A DNA stretch of 45,751 bases from a virus (IMGVR_UViG_3300048852_000125:1-45751); one strand, 5' to 3'; counted from the stretch's first letter, positions 8,796 through 17,355 are shown. Notes: a model not told the origin generated them from the sequence alone. A program made the numbers and translations.

Positions 8796-9977
8796 ATGGC
8801 GCGTCTGGTTGCCAGCGGAGCTACATCGATAAGTACTGACAGCATCAGCCTGTCGAGCTTACTGTATGGAACAATAACGGTCGCCAATAGTGGGTTCATT
8901 TCCGTGAACTACGGAGGTGGAGCGGCAACCGAGTTCTACGGAAGCTTTAGCTATGACGCCAGTGGTCGGAACATCACGGGCGGAACGTTGGGCGCAGTCC
9001 GCGAACTCGCGAACGGCTCCTTGCTCTACACCCTCGACGGGATGAGCGTATCCGCACCCGTGTTCGTTGGATGGGTTAACAACGGTCAGACCGCCACCGC
9101 CCGCGCCACGATCCTCGCTGGTTCGGATACGATCTATGGGTCCGATTATGGCGACACGTTGCGGGCTTATGCAGGTGACGACACCATTTATGGAGCAGGA
9201 GGAAACGATCTCCTCGATGGTGGGACTGGCGTAAATCTCATAGACGGCGGCGCAGACACAGACACTGTTGCGCGCAGTGCGTCTCGCTCGTCGAGTGCGG
9301 TTGTCAGTTATGCTGGTCACATCTATGTCGGAGATGCTGGCGGCTACGACAAACTTGCCAATGTCGAGTACATCAGATTTACGGATCAAACCGTTTCGGT
9401 TTCTACCGCACCAGCTTTTGACCCTCTATCGTATCTGGCGGCGAATACCGATGTCGCCTCTGCGGTGGGCGTCAACCCAGGGGCAGCGCTGAATCACTAC
9501 CTGACCGCTGGTGGGCGTGAGCGGAGATCGACGGCGTTCAACGTCGACGGCTACCTGGCCTCGAATCCCGATCTCGCTACTGTCTTCGGGGCGAACACTG
9601 CAGCGGCCACCCAGCACTACATCACGGCAGGGCGACTGGAAGGGCGCAACACGTCCTTCAACGTGATGAGCTACATCGCCGCGAACCCAGACCTGATCGG
9701 GGCGTTCGGCGCCAACACCACCGCGGCCGCTCTCCATTACGCAACCGCCGGGCGCCTAGAGGGGCGGCCGTCCACCTTCAACACGGCGGCCTATCTGTCG
9801 CGCAATCCGGATGTGCAGCGCGCCCTCGGCACCAGCGAGTTGGCTGCCGCTACGCACTACGTCACCAACGGCTACCGGGAAGGCCGGTCGGCGACGCCGC
9901 TGGCCTCAACAAGCACTCGCTCCGCGATGGGGCTAGAGTCTACCCAGCAGAGCACAACGCTCGCTGCCGGTTGGTAA
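8796..9977 (+). CDS. RTX/hemolysin-type Ca-binding protein with C-terminal 40-aa repeats
   Basis: GGAGG RBS; nonapeptides such as IYGAGGNDLLDGGTGVNLIDGGADTD; D.L.NVEYI.F.D; four F(D/N)xxxY(L/I)xxNxD repeats. Confidence 0.8.
   Translation: MARLVASGATSISTDSISLSSLLYGTITVANSGFISVNYGGGAATEFYGSFSYDASGRNITGGTLGAVRELANGSLLYTLDGMSVSAPVFVGWVNNGQTATARATILAGSDTIYGSDYGDTLRAYAGDDTIYGAGGNDLLDGGTGVNLIDGGADTDTVARSASRSSSAVVSYAGHIYVGDAGGYDKLANVEYIRFTDQTVSVSTAPAFDPLSYLAANTDVASAVGVNPGAALNHYLTAGGRERRSTAFNVDGYLASNPDLATVFGANTAAATQHYITAGRLEGRNTSFNVMSYIAANPDLIGAFGANTTAAALHYATAGRLEGRPSTFNTAAYLSRNPDVQRALGTSELAAATHYVTNGYREGRSATPLASTSTRSAMGLESTQQSTTLAAGW
9417..9896 (+). repeat. Four 120-bp coding tandem repeats
   Basis: Units start at 9417, 9537, 9657 and 9777 (FDPLSYLAANTD, FNVDGYLASNPD, FNVMSYIAANPD, FNTAAYLSRNPD). 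Confidence 0.85.
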
Positions 9978-10006
9978 CTCGACGCTCGGTGAAGCTGGAG
10001 GATGCA

Positions 10007-10201
10007 ATGGCGGCGCGTCTAGGGTTCGTCCTCCATCTTGCCGGCTGCGGCTCGTCGCTGTTGCTGCTGATCACCGGGCTTGTGGCCGCCCTGGACATGT
10101 CTGTAGCCGATGCTGCTCCTGCCGCGTGGGCGCTTGCCGCAGCTGCTGGGGCGACGTGGCTGGTGGGGTGGGCGGCGCTCTATGTGCTGGCCGGCCGGTA
10201 G
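10007..10201 (+). CDS. Small two-TM membrane protein
   Basis: GGAGGA RBS; 64 aa, almost fully hydrophobic. Confidence 0.6.
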   Translation: MAARLGFVLHLAGCGSSLLLLITGLVAALDMSVADAAPAAWALAAAAGATWLVGWAALYVLAGR

Positions 10202-10209
10202 GAGCTTTC

Positions 10210-10518
10210 ATGATCAACAACCTGCGCATCGCCTACTCAGCGGTCTTTGTCGTCGCGACCTTCCTGCTGATCGCCGGCGCCGCGTCAGCGCGCGATGCCC
10301 GTCCTTCCGACGACGAGGTGCGTCAGCGGATCATCGCGGAGTCGATCGCGTCGTATCCGGGCAACTGCGCCTGTCCCTACAGCACGATGCGGAACGGGCA
10401 CCGTTGCGGCGGTCGGAGCGCCTACAGCAAGCCGGGCGGACGGGCGCCGATCTGCTATGCCTACGATGTGACAGAGGCGATGGTCGTGCGGTGGAGGCGG
10501 GCACATGGGGAGCGTTGA
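10210..10518 (+). CDS. Secreted 4-Cys protein of unknown function
   Basis: Signal peptide (..AGAASA); SIASYPGNCACPY...RNG..CG.RSAYSKPGG..PICY..DV motif. Confidence 0.7.
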   Translation: MINNLRIAYSAVFVVATFLLIAGAASARDARPSDDEVRQRIIAESIASYPGNCACPYSTMRNGHRCGGRSAYSKPGGRAPICYAYDVTEAMVVRWRRAHGER

Positions 10519-10580
10519 ATATTGACCTACTCCATGTGCCAGTATCCGACTTAATCCAGCATCATACAGGAAGCCACACC

Positions 10581-11411
10581 ATGTCAGCTGTCTATGCCTC
10601 TACCTCACCAGTCTGGTTTTCACATCTTGCATCTCTAACGAATACTCCAGGGCGCGTCGCGTTTTGGCGTCCAACATATAATGTTCCGAAGTCCATTGCG
10701 GTTGGTGATCCTTGGTTTTTCAAGGAATGGGGTGGACACATTGTCCTCGGTTATGGACGATACGTGGAAGATGAAAGAACCACGCCTTCAAAGCTATGGG
10801 ATAAGTTCGGTCCCGCCTCTGGGGCTCCGACTCGCGAGGCCCTTGTGGCCGCCATCAGCGCGGCCAAGAATGGCGGCGCAACGCCAGATACAGAAATCGG
10901 AAACGTTTCTCTGTCAGATTTCACGGTTTTTCGGCCTGGCCTCTCACTTGCTGAGTTGGATTTGCCAAACCTGTCTGTGCCTTGGCGTTATGTTCCCGCG
11001 GGCAGCCGCTTACTGACCTACGCTGAAAGGCTCTCGCCTGCCCCTGAAGGCCTTCCTGCTGGCCTGCCCTACACCGCGCCGGCGCCAGCCAGTCGACGAG
11101 AACTGCGAGGGGAAACTTTTGCCCGCAACACTGGACACGTGGCCGAAATCAGGAGCCTGTATGGTGGCCGGTGCCAAGTCACTGGGGACGCAGTTTTGCA
11201 TGGGGTCGCTGGCGATCTTACTCAAGTTCATCACATCGATTTCCTATGCAATGGCGGTGTCGATCACCCCTCCAACATGATCGCGCTTTCCCCAAATTGG
11301 CATGCGATCGCCCATGCTCCGGGTACAACCTTCGACTGGCAGACTCTAGAGTTCGTCGTGGGTGAGCAGCGGTTCGGCCTCGCGCTAAATCAGCATTTAA
11401 AGCCACGCTGA
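10581..11411 (+). CDS. HNH endonuclease with a putative PUA/EVE-like N-terminal recognition domain
   Basis: N-term WF..L...VAFWRP...GDPWFFK...GYG; C-term YGGRCQVTG...QVHHI...GG.D..SNMIALSPNWHAIAH. Confidence 0.7.
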   Translation: MSAVYASTSPVWFSHLASLTNTPGRVAFWRPTYNVPKSIAVGDPWFFKEWGGHIVLGYGRYVEDERTTPSKLWDKFGPASGAPTREALVAAISAAKNGGATPDTEIGNVSLSDFTVFRPGLSLAELDLPNLSVPWRYVPAGSRLLTYAERLSPAPEGLPAGLPYTAPAPASRRELRGETFARNTGHVAEIRSLYGGRCQVTGDAVLHGVAGDLTQVHHIDFLCNGGVDHPSNMIALSPNWHAIAHAPGTTFDWQTLEFVVGEQRFGLALNQHLKPR

Positions 11412-11567
11412 ACATGTGCGGTCTAACAGTCGTTGGGATCAAGCGCGAGTGCGTGCCGCAGGAGGCCGCGGGCGCGATTGTTGACGTGCTGGCGAGGGTG
11501 ATGAAGAGGCTGGGGTGAGGTTAAAACAAATGATGAAAATAAAAAGTAAAAAAGCATAGGAGGTAGC

Positions 11568-12506
11568 GTGGCTGAGCGTTTGAAGCACACCTTCGGTGGT
11601 CCGTGGACGGAAGAGAAGCTTAATTGTTTGGAGGAATATCTCAAGTCTTATTTAAGCGTAATGAAAAATCAGAGTTTCAGACTAGTATATATCGATGCAT
11701 TTTCGGGAACTGGGCAGAGGTATTCAAGGGAGGCGGAAAAAGACAGATCTGATCTTCTTCGCCAGGAGATGTTTGACCTCGCGACCGAGCATGCGGGCTT
11801 TTTTGAAGGCTCAGTTCTGAGAGCGTTGAAGCTCAGCCCTGGCTTTGAAAACTTCGCTTTGATTGAGAAAAGTAGTGCTAAGGCGTCGCAACTTCGCGAA
11901 TTGAAAGCGGAATACGAAGGTGGCGGGCGTACAATTAATGTGCTTGAGGGGGATGCAAACGAGCAGATCATGCGCATCTGCTCTCAAGGGGATTGGACTG
12001 GGAGAAAGACTAATCGCGCCTCTCGAGCTGTGCTCTTTCTCGATCCTTTTGGTTGCCAAGTTGATTGGACCACATTGCAGGCCATTGCGCACACGCGCGC
12101 GATCGATGTCTGGTATTTGTTCCCATCTGGCCTGGGGGTGTATCGCATGCTGACCAGCCGCCAAGACAAGATGGCGCAGAGCTGGGCTGAGCGTCTGGAC
12201 TTGTGCCTTGGCACAGGAGAGTGGCGAAATGAATTCTTTAGAGAGGAATCTACGCAAGATTTATTTGGAGAGACAACGATAAGCAGAAATAAAGTGGCGA
12301 CAATCGACACGGTCGAGAGATTTTTTATTAGACGTTTATCTTTGTTGTTCCCGCATGTATCAAACGCTTGCCTTCCTTTGAAGAATAGTAGAGGATTCAA
12401 AATGTTTTCGCTGTGCTTCGCTGCGGCGAACCCAGGCAGAGGCGGGCAGATTGCGGTAGGCATTGCCTCCCATCTCTTAGGGAAAGGGAGGCGAGGGAGA
12501 AAGTAG
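11568..12506 (+). CDS. tcmP: Three-Cys-motif partner protein (SAM-binding methyltransferase-like)
   Basis: FGGPWTEEKL..LEEYL, YIDAFSGTG, GDAN, FLDPFG.QVDW motifs; AGGAGG RBS; adjacent DUF5131 gene. Confidence 0.85.
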   Translation: MAERLKHTFGGPWTEEKLNCLEEYLKSYLSVMKNQSFRLVYIDAFSGTGQRYSREAEKDRSDLLRQEMFDLATEHAGFFEGSVLRALKLSPGFENFALIEKSSAKASQLRELKAEYEGGGRTINVLEGDANEQIMRICSQGDWTGRKTNRASRAVLFLDPFGCQVDWTTLQAIAHTRAIDVWYLFPSGLGVYRMLTSRQDKMAQSWAERLDLCLGTGEWRNEFFREESTQDLFGETTISRNKVATIDTVERFFIRRLSLLFPHVSNACLPLKNSRGFKMFSLCFAAANPGRGGQIAVGIASHLLGKGRRGRK

Positions 12507-12512
12507 GGCACT

Positions 12513-13265
12513 ATGGCCGAGAGCAGCATTGAGTGGACTGACGCAACTTGGAATCCGATTGCGGGCTGCACCGTCATCTCCCCGGGCTGTACCAACTGCT
12601 ATGCTATGCGCATGGCGGCCCGATTGGAGAAAATGGGGCAGGAGAAGTACGTCGGCACGACGCGCCGCTCCGGTCGCAGAGATATCTGGACCGGCAAGAT
12701 TGCTGTTGATGAGAAAACGATCTTGGCACCGCTGGATTGGCGATCGCCACGGCGCGTCTTCGTCAACAGTATGTCTGACCTGTTCCACGAGGCGGTGCCG
12801 GAAGAGGCGATCCGGCGCATCTGGCATACGATGGCTCGCACGCGGCGTCACACCTATCAGATCCTGACCAAGCGGCCGGAGCGGATGGCCGAGCTTTCCA
12901 AGTCGTTGCCGCTTCTACCGAACGTCTGGCTCGGCACCAGTGTAGAAAGCGCCGATTATGAATTCCGACTGAATCATCTGCGCGAGACGGCCGCCGTCGT
13001 GCGCTTCGTCTCGTTCGAGCCGCTGATTGGAGCGATTCCAAACCCGAACCTTAAGGGCGTTCACTGGGCTATCGTTGGTGGCGAGTCCGGTCCGGCGGCT
13101 CGACCGATGGAGCAGCTATGGGTCGATGATCTGCTGGAAGCCTGTCAGGAACAGGGCGTCGCCTTCTTCTTCAAGCAGTGGGGTGGGACCAACAAGAAGG
13201 CAGCGGGTCGCGTTCTCCGCGGCAGAACCTGGGATGAATATCCCGGTGCGAGACCGTCAGTATGA
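12513..13265 (+). CDS. DUF5131 / phage Gp37-Gp68 family radical-SAM-like protein
   Basis: IEWTDATWNPIAGC..ISPGCTNCYA, FVNSMSDLFH, LTKRPER, SFEPL, GGESG, FFFKQWG. Confidence 0.92.
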   Translation: MAESSIEWTDATWNPIAGCTVISPGCTNCYAMRMAARLEKMGQEKYVGTTRRSGRRDIWTGKIAVDEKTILAPLDWRSPRRVFVNSMSDLFHEAVPEEAIRRIWHTMARTRRHTYQILTKRPERMAELSKSLPLLPNVWLGTSVESADYEFRLNHLRETAAVVRFVSFEPLIGAIPNPNLKGVHWAIVGGESGPAARPMEQLWVDDLLEACQEQGVAFFFKQWGGTNKKAAGRVLRGRTWDEYPGARPSV

Positions 13266-13290
13266 AGTTATGCTTTGCATGAACTTTATA

Positions 13291-13313
13291 CCCGCCGGGT
13301 ATGAACCGGCGGG
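13291..13313. terminator. Hairpin between convergent genes
   Basis: CCCGCCGG-N7-CCGGCGGG; no clear U-tract. Confidence 0.45.
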
Positions 13314-13438
13314 CCTCCATAAATAGGCGAATTCGAGTAAATATTCTGACGCTGATAATAATTAATCCTTCGGTATTGCTGGTTGTCTTGGAAAATATTT
13401 AGTTGGTGACGGCAATTCACAATTTGAATTTTGGATGT

Positions 13439-14026
13439 TCAATTCTTTTTTGAAGAAACAAATCTTGTGCATTCGAAATATTTCTGGATTGCATCGCCGA
13501 ATCCAGACAGGCCGACCTGATATGTGTCGCTGCCACTGCCTTTTAGATTTATCACGATCTTCTTAGAAGAAAAAAACTTGCTGAAAAAATCCTCAAGCTT
13601 CACGAAATCCATAATATACAGACTTGGAGGATTTCCAAACTGTTTCATGTCTTTCAAATCTATTCCGTTTGCGGTCCCGGAGTAGACCAACTTTCCACCA
13701 ACTTCGATAGTAACACTTCTGTCGCGGACATTTTGAAGATTATGACCAGATAAAGATATTCTCACCCCGTCGTCTGACGGAATGACTGAAACTTTCTCTC
13801 CGCTCTTCGTAAAAGCGTGAATGTCACATAGAGACATATTTCTGTTGGCGAATTTATTAACCTCTTCGGCGGCAATCTTAGCTACTACCTCCCACTGACC
13901 ACCGGAAAAATACATGAACTCTTGCTGGGCTCCAGCAGCAAATACCATTTCTCGAGCTTCCATAAAAGAGAAGCAAAAGAAAGCAATGCCAAACAGCGCG
14001 TATTTCGACTGATACTTCCGCAACAT
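13439..14026 (-). CDS. AT-rich exported hypothetical protein
   Basis: 195-aa ORF in AT-rich DNA, N-terminal hydrophobic segment, AAGGGG RBS. Confidence 0.6.
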   Translation of the reverse strand: MLRKYQSKYALFGIAFFCFSFMEAREMVFAAGAQQEFMYFSGGQWEVVAKIAAEEVNKFANRNMSLCDIHAFTKSGEKVSVIPSDDGVRISLSGHNLQNVRDRSVTIEVGGKLVYSGTANGIDLKDMKQFGNPPSLYIMDFVKLEDFFSKFFSSKKIVINLKGSGSDTYQVGLSGFGDAIQKYFECTRFVSSKKN

Positions 14027-14247
14027 ACTGCCCCTTGGAAGGAATATTTTGATATAGCTGGCGAGGGTACCTCAGAATCAAAGCGCGATAGCCATATAAT
14101 GTCTCATGACAGATAACCGCTAGATGCGTCACGCTATTCAGCATATTTCAATACTTTGATAAATTCTCTAAGGTTGGAGGGCAGCATTTACATGTTCCCT
14201 AATGGGGCTTGTCCGCCACCGAGCCGGCGGGCTTTCTTGTGCCCACC

Positions 14248-14502
14248 CTAGCCGAACGGGTTCTCCACCTCGTCCGCAGGCTTCGGCGGTGCGATCCGAT
14301 CCGGCAGGCTCTTGTCCGCCTCCAGCGCCGCGACGGCCGCGTCGACCAGTGCCTTCAGCTTCCGGGCCGCCACCAGCCCAGCTTTGTCCCGCGTGATGTC
14401 CAGGTTGCCGTAGACCGCGATCTTGTCGGTCCCGTTCTCGACGGTCAGGCCGCCGATCCCGATGCTGTCGGCGTCATTGGCGAAGGGCTTGATGGTCGTC
14501 AT
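14248..14502 (-). CDS. Small hypothetical protein directly downstream of the nuclease
   Basis: GAGGA RBS; 84 aa; starts 11 nt after the nuclease stop. Confidence 0.7.
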   Translation of the reverse strand: MTTIKPFANDADSIGIGGLTVENGTDKIAVYGNLDITRDKAGLVAARKLKALVDAAVAALEADKSLPDRIAPPKPADEVENPFG

Positions 14503-14513
14503 GGTGATCCTCG

Positions 14514-15353
14514 TCAGCGCAGGAGTTGCCGCAGATAGTCCAACACGCCCTTCTCCGGAATCGGCTCGGCCTGGGCGGCAGTCTTGCCCTTTCCGCGTGG
14601 CTTCGGCTGCGGCAGGTCGAGCATCGCCGCCTTCGTTGCCGCTGGCAATCCGGGGAAGGGGTCGATACCGGCGACCTGCGTCAGCTCGGCGATCGACACC
14701 CGCTCGTAACCGGCATCCTCCTGGTTCGCAGCGAGGTAGGCCGCGGCCTTCTTCTGGCGAGGATCGTACACCGCCTTGAAGACGTGGCTCGGGACCAGCA
14801 CGCGCCCACCGATCCGCTTCAGGTTCTGGCCTTGGAAGATTGCCCCTGTGACGACATAGACCTCGCCTTGCCGGCGAGTCAGATCTCGCGTCGCGGATTC
14901 GATCCCTTCCCAGATGCCCCTGTTCAGTGCGCCGGCCTGCGGCACCATGTTGGCGAGGCTGAAGCTCTCGTTCTGCGACCGTGCGTCTGGCATGTCACCA
15001 CTCGGCGCCATGTGCCCGCGGTCATAACCTGAGCGTTTGTAGTCGGCCAATTCGGCACGCTCATCCGGCGGCAGGCGGCTCTCGGCGTGGAAGGTGTTCT
15101 TGCGATCCAGACCCTGCTGGCGCTCCAGCCGCTCGCGCGTCAGGTGCTCGGCCGCCCATAGGCCGGTCCGCGTCACGCCGGAATGGAGGAGGCCGTAGCC
15201 GCTGTTGCACAGCTCCCGCGTTTTAGCCGCCAGTTTCGTATTGACGAGATCGGGCGCTTGCCCAGACGCGAAGTGTTCGGGGCATGCTGTTTCAGCGGCG
15301 AGTGCGGTGACTGGTGCAAGGGCGAGCGCCAGGATGGCGACGGCAAGCTTCAT
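14514..15353 (-). CDS. Secreted DNA/RNA non-specific endonuclease (NucA/Serratia family)
   Basis: Signal peptide MKLAVAILALA...; SGYDRGHMAP, ESFSLANMVPQ...NRGIW...E; AGGAG RBS. Confidence 0.92.
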   Translation of the reverse strand: MKLAVAILALALAPVTALAAETACPEHFASGQAPDLVNTKLAAKTRELCNSGYGLLHSGVTRTGLWAAEHLTRERLERQQGLDRKNTFHAESRLPPDERAELADYKRSGYDRGHMAPSGDMPDARSQNESFSLANMVPQAGALNRGIWEGIESATRDLTRRQGEVYVVTGAIFQGQNLKRIGGRVLVPSHVFKAVYDPRQKKAAAYLAANQEDAGYERVSIAELTQVAGIDPFPGLPAATKAAMLDLPQPKPRGKGKTAAQAEPIPEKGVLDYLRQLLR

Positions 15354-15530
15354 CGGGTTCTCCTGTCCGCATTCCAGCGTCACGGCCGCGGATCTGCAAG
15401 ATCGCACGAGGCCGGCAGACCGCCAAGAGAGGACGGGAGCATTCCGATGGCCGCGCGTTCGGTAATAGTTTGACTTTTCAGAAAAATGCGAACTGCACCG
15501 TTAGGATGCAACTCGACGGCTTGCGGGAAT

Positions 15531-15545
15531 GTTTCCTATATGTTC
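15531..15545 (+). promoter_or_regulatory. Candidate alphaproteobacterial SOS (LexA) box
   Basis: GTTT-CCTATAT-GTTC, one mismatch to GTTC-N7-GTTC, AT-rich spacer, intergenic. Confidence 0.45.
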
Positions 15546-15595
15546 TCTTTTTGGAGCGGGTGCTTTACGTAGGGTAATCGTGAGGAGGAGAGAAG

Positions 15596-15790
15596 GTGTC
15601 TTGGTGCGAGGAGCCAGTGTTCCAAGGCGAATTGTTGTTGCGGATGGCGGAGCTTCTGAGTTGTGCCCGCGAACGCTCAATGCGCCCTTCGGCTGTCCAA
15701 GAGCCTGAGGAGGGACTTAGCGCCGTCGACAGTTATAGGTTCCGTTTGTCTCCCCGCCGCTATTTCGGTTCCGTACCAACGGCAAAATGA
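15596..15790 (+). CDS. Small ORF convergent with and overlapping the repressor 3' end
   Basis: Strong GAGGAGGAG RBS before GTG; 64 aa. Confidence 0.4.
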   Translation: MSWCEEPVFQGELLLRMAELLSCARERSMRPSAVQEPEEGLSAVDSYRFRLSPRRYFGSVPTAK

Positions 15791-16159
15791 AACGACCATC
15801 TCCGCCTCTTCGTCCGGGGTGAACGTGAGGCGCTCGTCATTGCGATATTCTGCGAGAGCCTTCACTACAACGCCCAAGCGATCCAATGGGACAGCTGCCT
15901 CCTGGCTGGACTGGGCAATCTCAGTGACGTCCGAAAGCCCAGTTAGGGCGATCAGTTCACCCTTCGGGATCCCATTCTCGGCGAACAACGGGACGAGCTT
16001 TCGCACCAGTTCCAGAGGCAGAAACTCATCCTTGAAGAGGTCAGGATTTTCGTACCGCTGATAGCTTGATGGCCCCTTGAAGCCGAGCGCCTTTGCGCAG
16101 GCATTCATGGATAGTCCGGCGCGCGTCCTGAGGTTACGCAGCTTCTCTGTAACGTGCAT
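15677..16159 (-). CDS. CI-like XRE-family repressor without S24 peptidase domain
   Basis: AAGGAG RBS; KLRNLRTRAGLSMNACAKALG...SSYQRYE HTH; divergent from cro; 160 aa. Confidence 0.85.
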   Translation of the reverse strand: MHVTEKLRNLRTRAGLSMNACAKALGFKGPSSYQRYENPDLFKDEFLPLELVRKLVPLFAENGIPKGELIALTGLSDVTEIAQSSQEAAVPLDRLGVVVKALAEYRNDERLTFTPDEEAEMVVSFCRWYGTEIAAGRQTEPITVDGAKSLLRLLDSRRAH

Positions 16160-16172
16160 CGGCAAGGGCTCC

Positions 16173-16243
16173 TTACGCGATACACGTTGCCCATATTCAA
16201 TTACGCTTTCCACGTTGACGAAATTACGTGAAAAGCGTAAATC
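16173..16243. promoter_or_regulatory. OR-like switch: three operators plus PR
   Basis: TTACG-N7-CGTTG 16173-16189 and 16201-16217, TTACG-N7-CGTAA 16224-16240; TTGACG(16215)-N17-TAAATC. Confidence 0.8.
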
Positions 16244-16249
16244 TGCTGT

Positions 16250-16477
16250 ATGACCCAGGCCGAACATATCATCTCGAAATTCGGTGGCGTGAGCGCTCTC
16301 TCTCGGAAGCTCGGTCACAGACACCCCACCACTGTGGACGGTTGGCGCCGCCGGGGATGGATACCGGCTGACCAGCAACCCCGTGTGCTTGAAGCGGGGC
16401 AAGACCTCGAACCTCCGATCACGCCAAGCGACTTCTTCTTCGCGGTGTCGGCACAGCGCACCAGCGAGGCCGCCTGA
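16250..16477 (+). CDS. cro: Cro-like HTH protein
   Basis: IISKFGGVSALSRKLG...TTVDGWRRRGWIP; divergent from the repressor. Confidence 0.8.
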   Translation: MTQAEHIISKFGGVSALSRKLGHRHPTTVDGWRRRGWIPADQQPRVLEAGQDLEPPITPSDFFFAVSAQRTSEAA

Positions 16478-16698
16478 TGCCCATGCACCAGTGCGCCGTC
16501 TGTCACCTGACCGATGAAACCCGCACCGTGACCGGCCCGCGCGCACCGCTGCCCTGCGCCTGCAACGCTGGGCTGGTACAGCCGGTCCGCGTGTCCGCCC
16601 CGGCCACCCGCCGCGGCGCCAATGCCTTCGCAGCCCTGGCGGAGACGCAGGACGCCTACACGGTCCGCGTTCCCCTCCCGGTCCCCGCCAGAAGCTGA
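16477..16698 (+). CDS. Small Cys-containing hypothetical protein
   Basis: TGATG coupling to cro; CxxC...CxC. Confidence 0.55.
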   Translation: MPMHQCAVCHLTDETRTVTGPRAPLPCACNAGLVQPVRVSAPATRRGANAFAALAETQDAYTVRVPLPVPARS

Positions 16699-16710
16699 CC
16701 CCCAAACGCA

Positions 16711-16749
16711 CGAAAGCCGGCCCCGCTTCCCAACGTCGGCCGGCTTTCG
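16711..16749 (+). terminator. tR1-like hairpin
   Basis: CGAAAGCCGGCC...GGCCGGCTTTCG 12-bp stem. Confidence 0.55.
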
Positions 16750-16767
16750 AACTGAGGAGAACCGCAA

Positions 16768-17352
16768 GTGTTGAGCCCCGATTCCTGCTCCCAGAACTAC
16801 ACCGGCGGCGGTGCCGTCGTCCAGTTCACGAAGGGCGAGCGTCCCTTCTCCATTCGGCAGAACGCGGACACCCCTGCCACCACTTCCGTTCAAGGCGGCG
16901 GTCTCGCAGTCTACGAGCGTGACTACTTGGCCGGCCTGCTGGCGTCCCTGCCGGTCCGCTCGCTCGCTGACATGATCAGCGTGCGCGATGGTGTCGCCAC
17001 GATCCGCGCCGCCGTACCCCTGCACCTGCTGTCGCTGGAGGATGCCTGCACCCTTCAAGGGCTTGCCGCCGGCGGGAGCATGCCCGTGCCGTCCAATGTC
17101 GCGCCGATCCCCCAACGCCGCGCGAAGCCGGAGGTTGCTGCCCAGCCACTGCCCACGCTGACCGACCGGCAGCGGGAAATTCTGCAGCTGCTCTGCGCCG
17201 GCAAGTCCAATCGGGAGATCAGCACCGCGTTCAACCTCACCGAAGGAACGGTGAAGGTGCACGTCTCCGCGATCCTCAAGGCGCTGGGCGCGCTGAACCG
17301 TACCCACGCCGTGATGATCGCCCGGCGCGTGCTGGCCGTCGGGGAGGTCTGA
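16768..17352 (+). CDS. LuxR-type HTH regulator with unrecognised N-terminal domain
   Basis: LTDRQREILQLLCAGKSNREI...LTEGTVKVHVSAILKALGALNRTHAV; GAGGAG RBS. Confidence 0.85.
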   Translation: MLSPDSCSQNYTGGGAVVQFTKGERPFSIRQNADTPATTSVQGGGLAVYERDYLAGLLASLPVRSLADMISVRDGVATIRAAVPLHLLSLEDACTLQGLAAGGSMPVPSNVAPIPQRRAKPEVAAQPLPTLTDRQREILQLLCAGKSNREISTAFNLTEGTVKVHVSAILKALGALNRTHAVMIARRVLAVGEV

Positions 17353-17355
17353 GCC

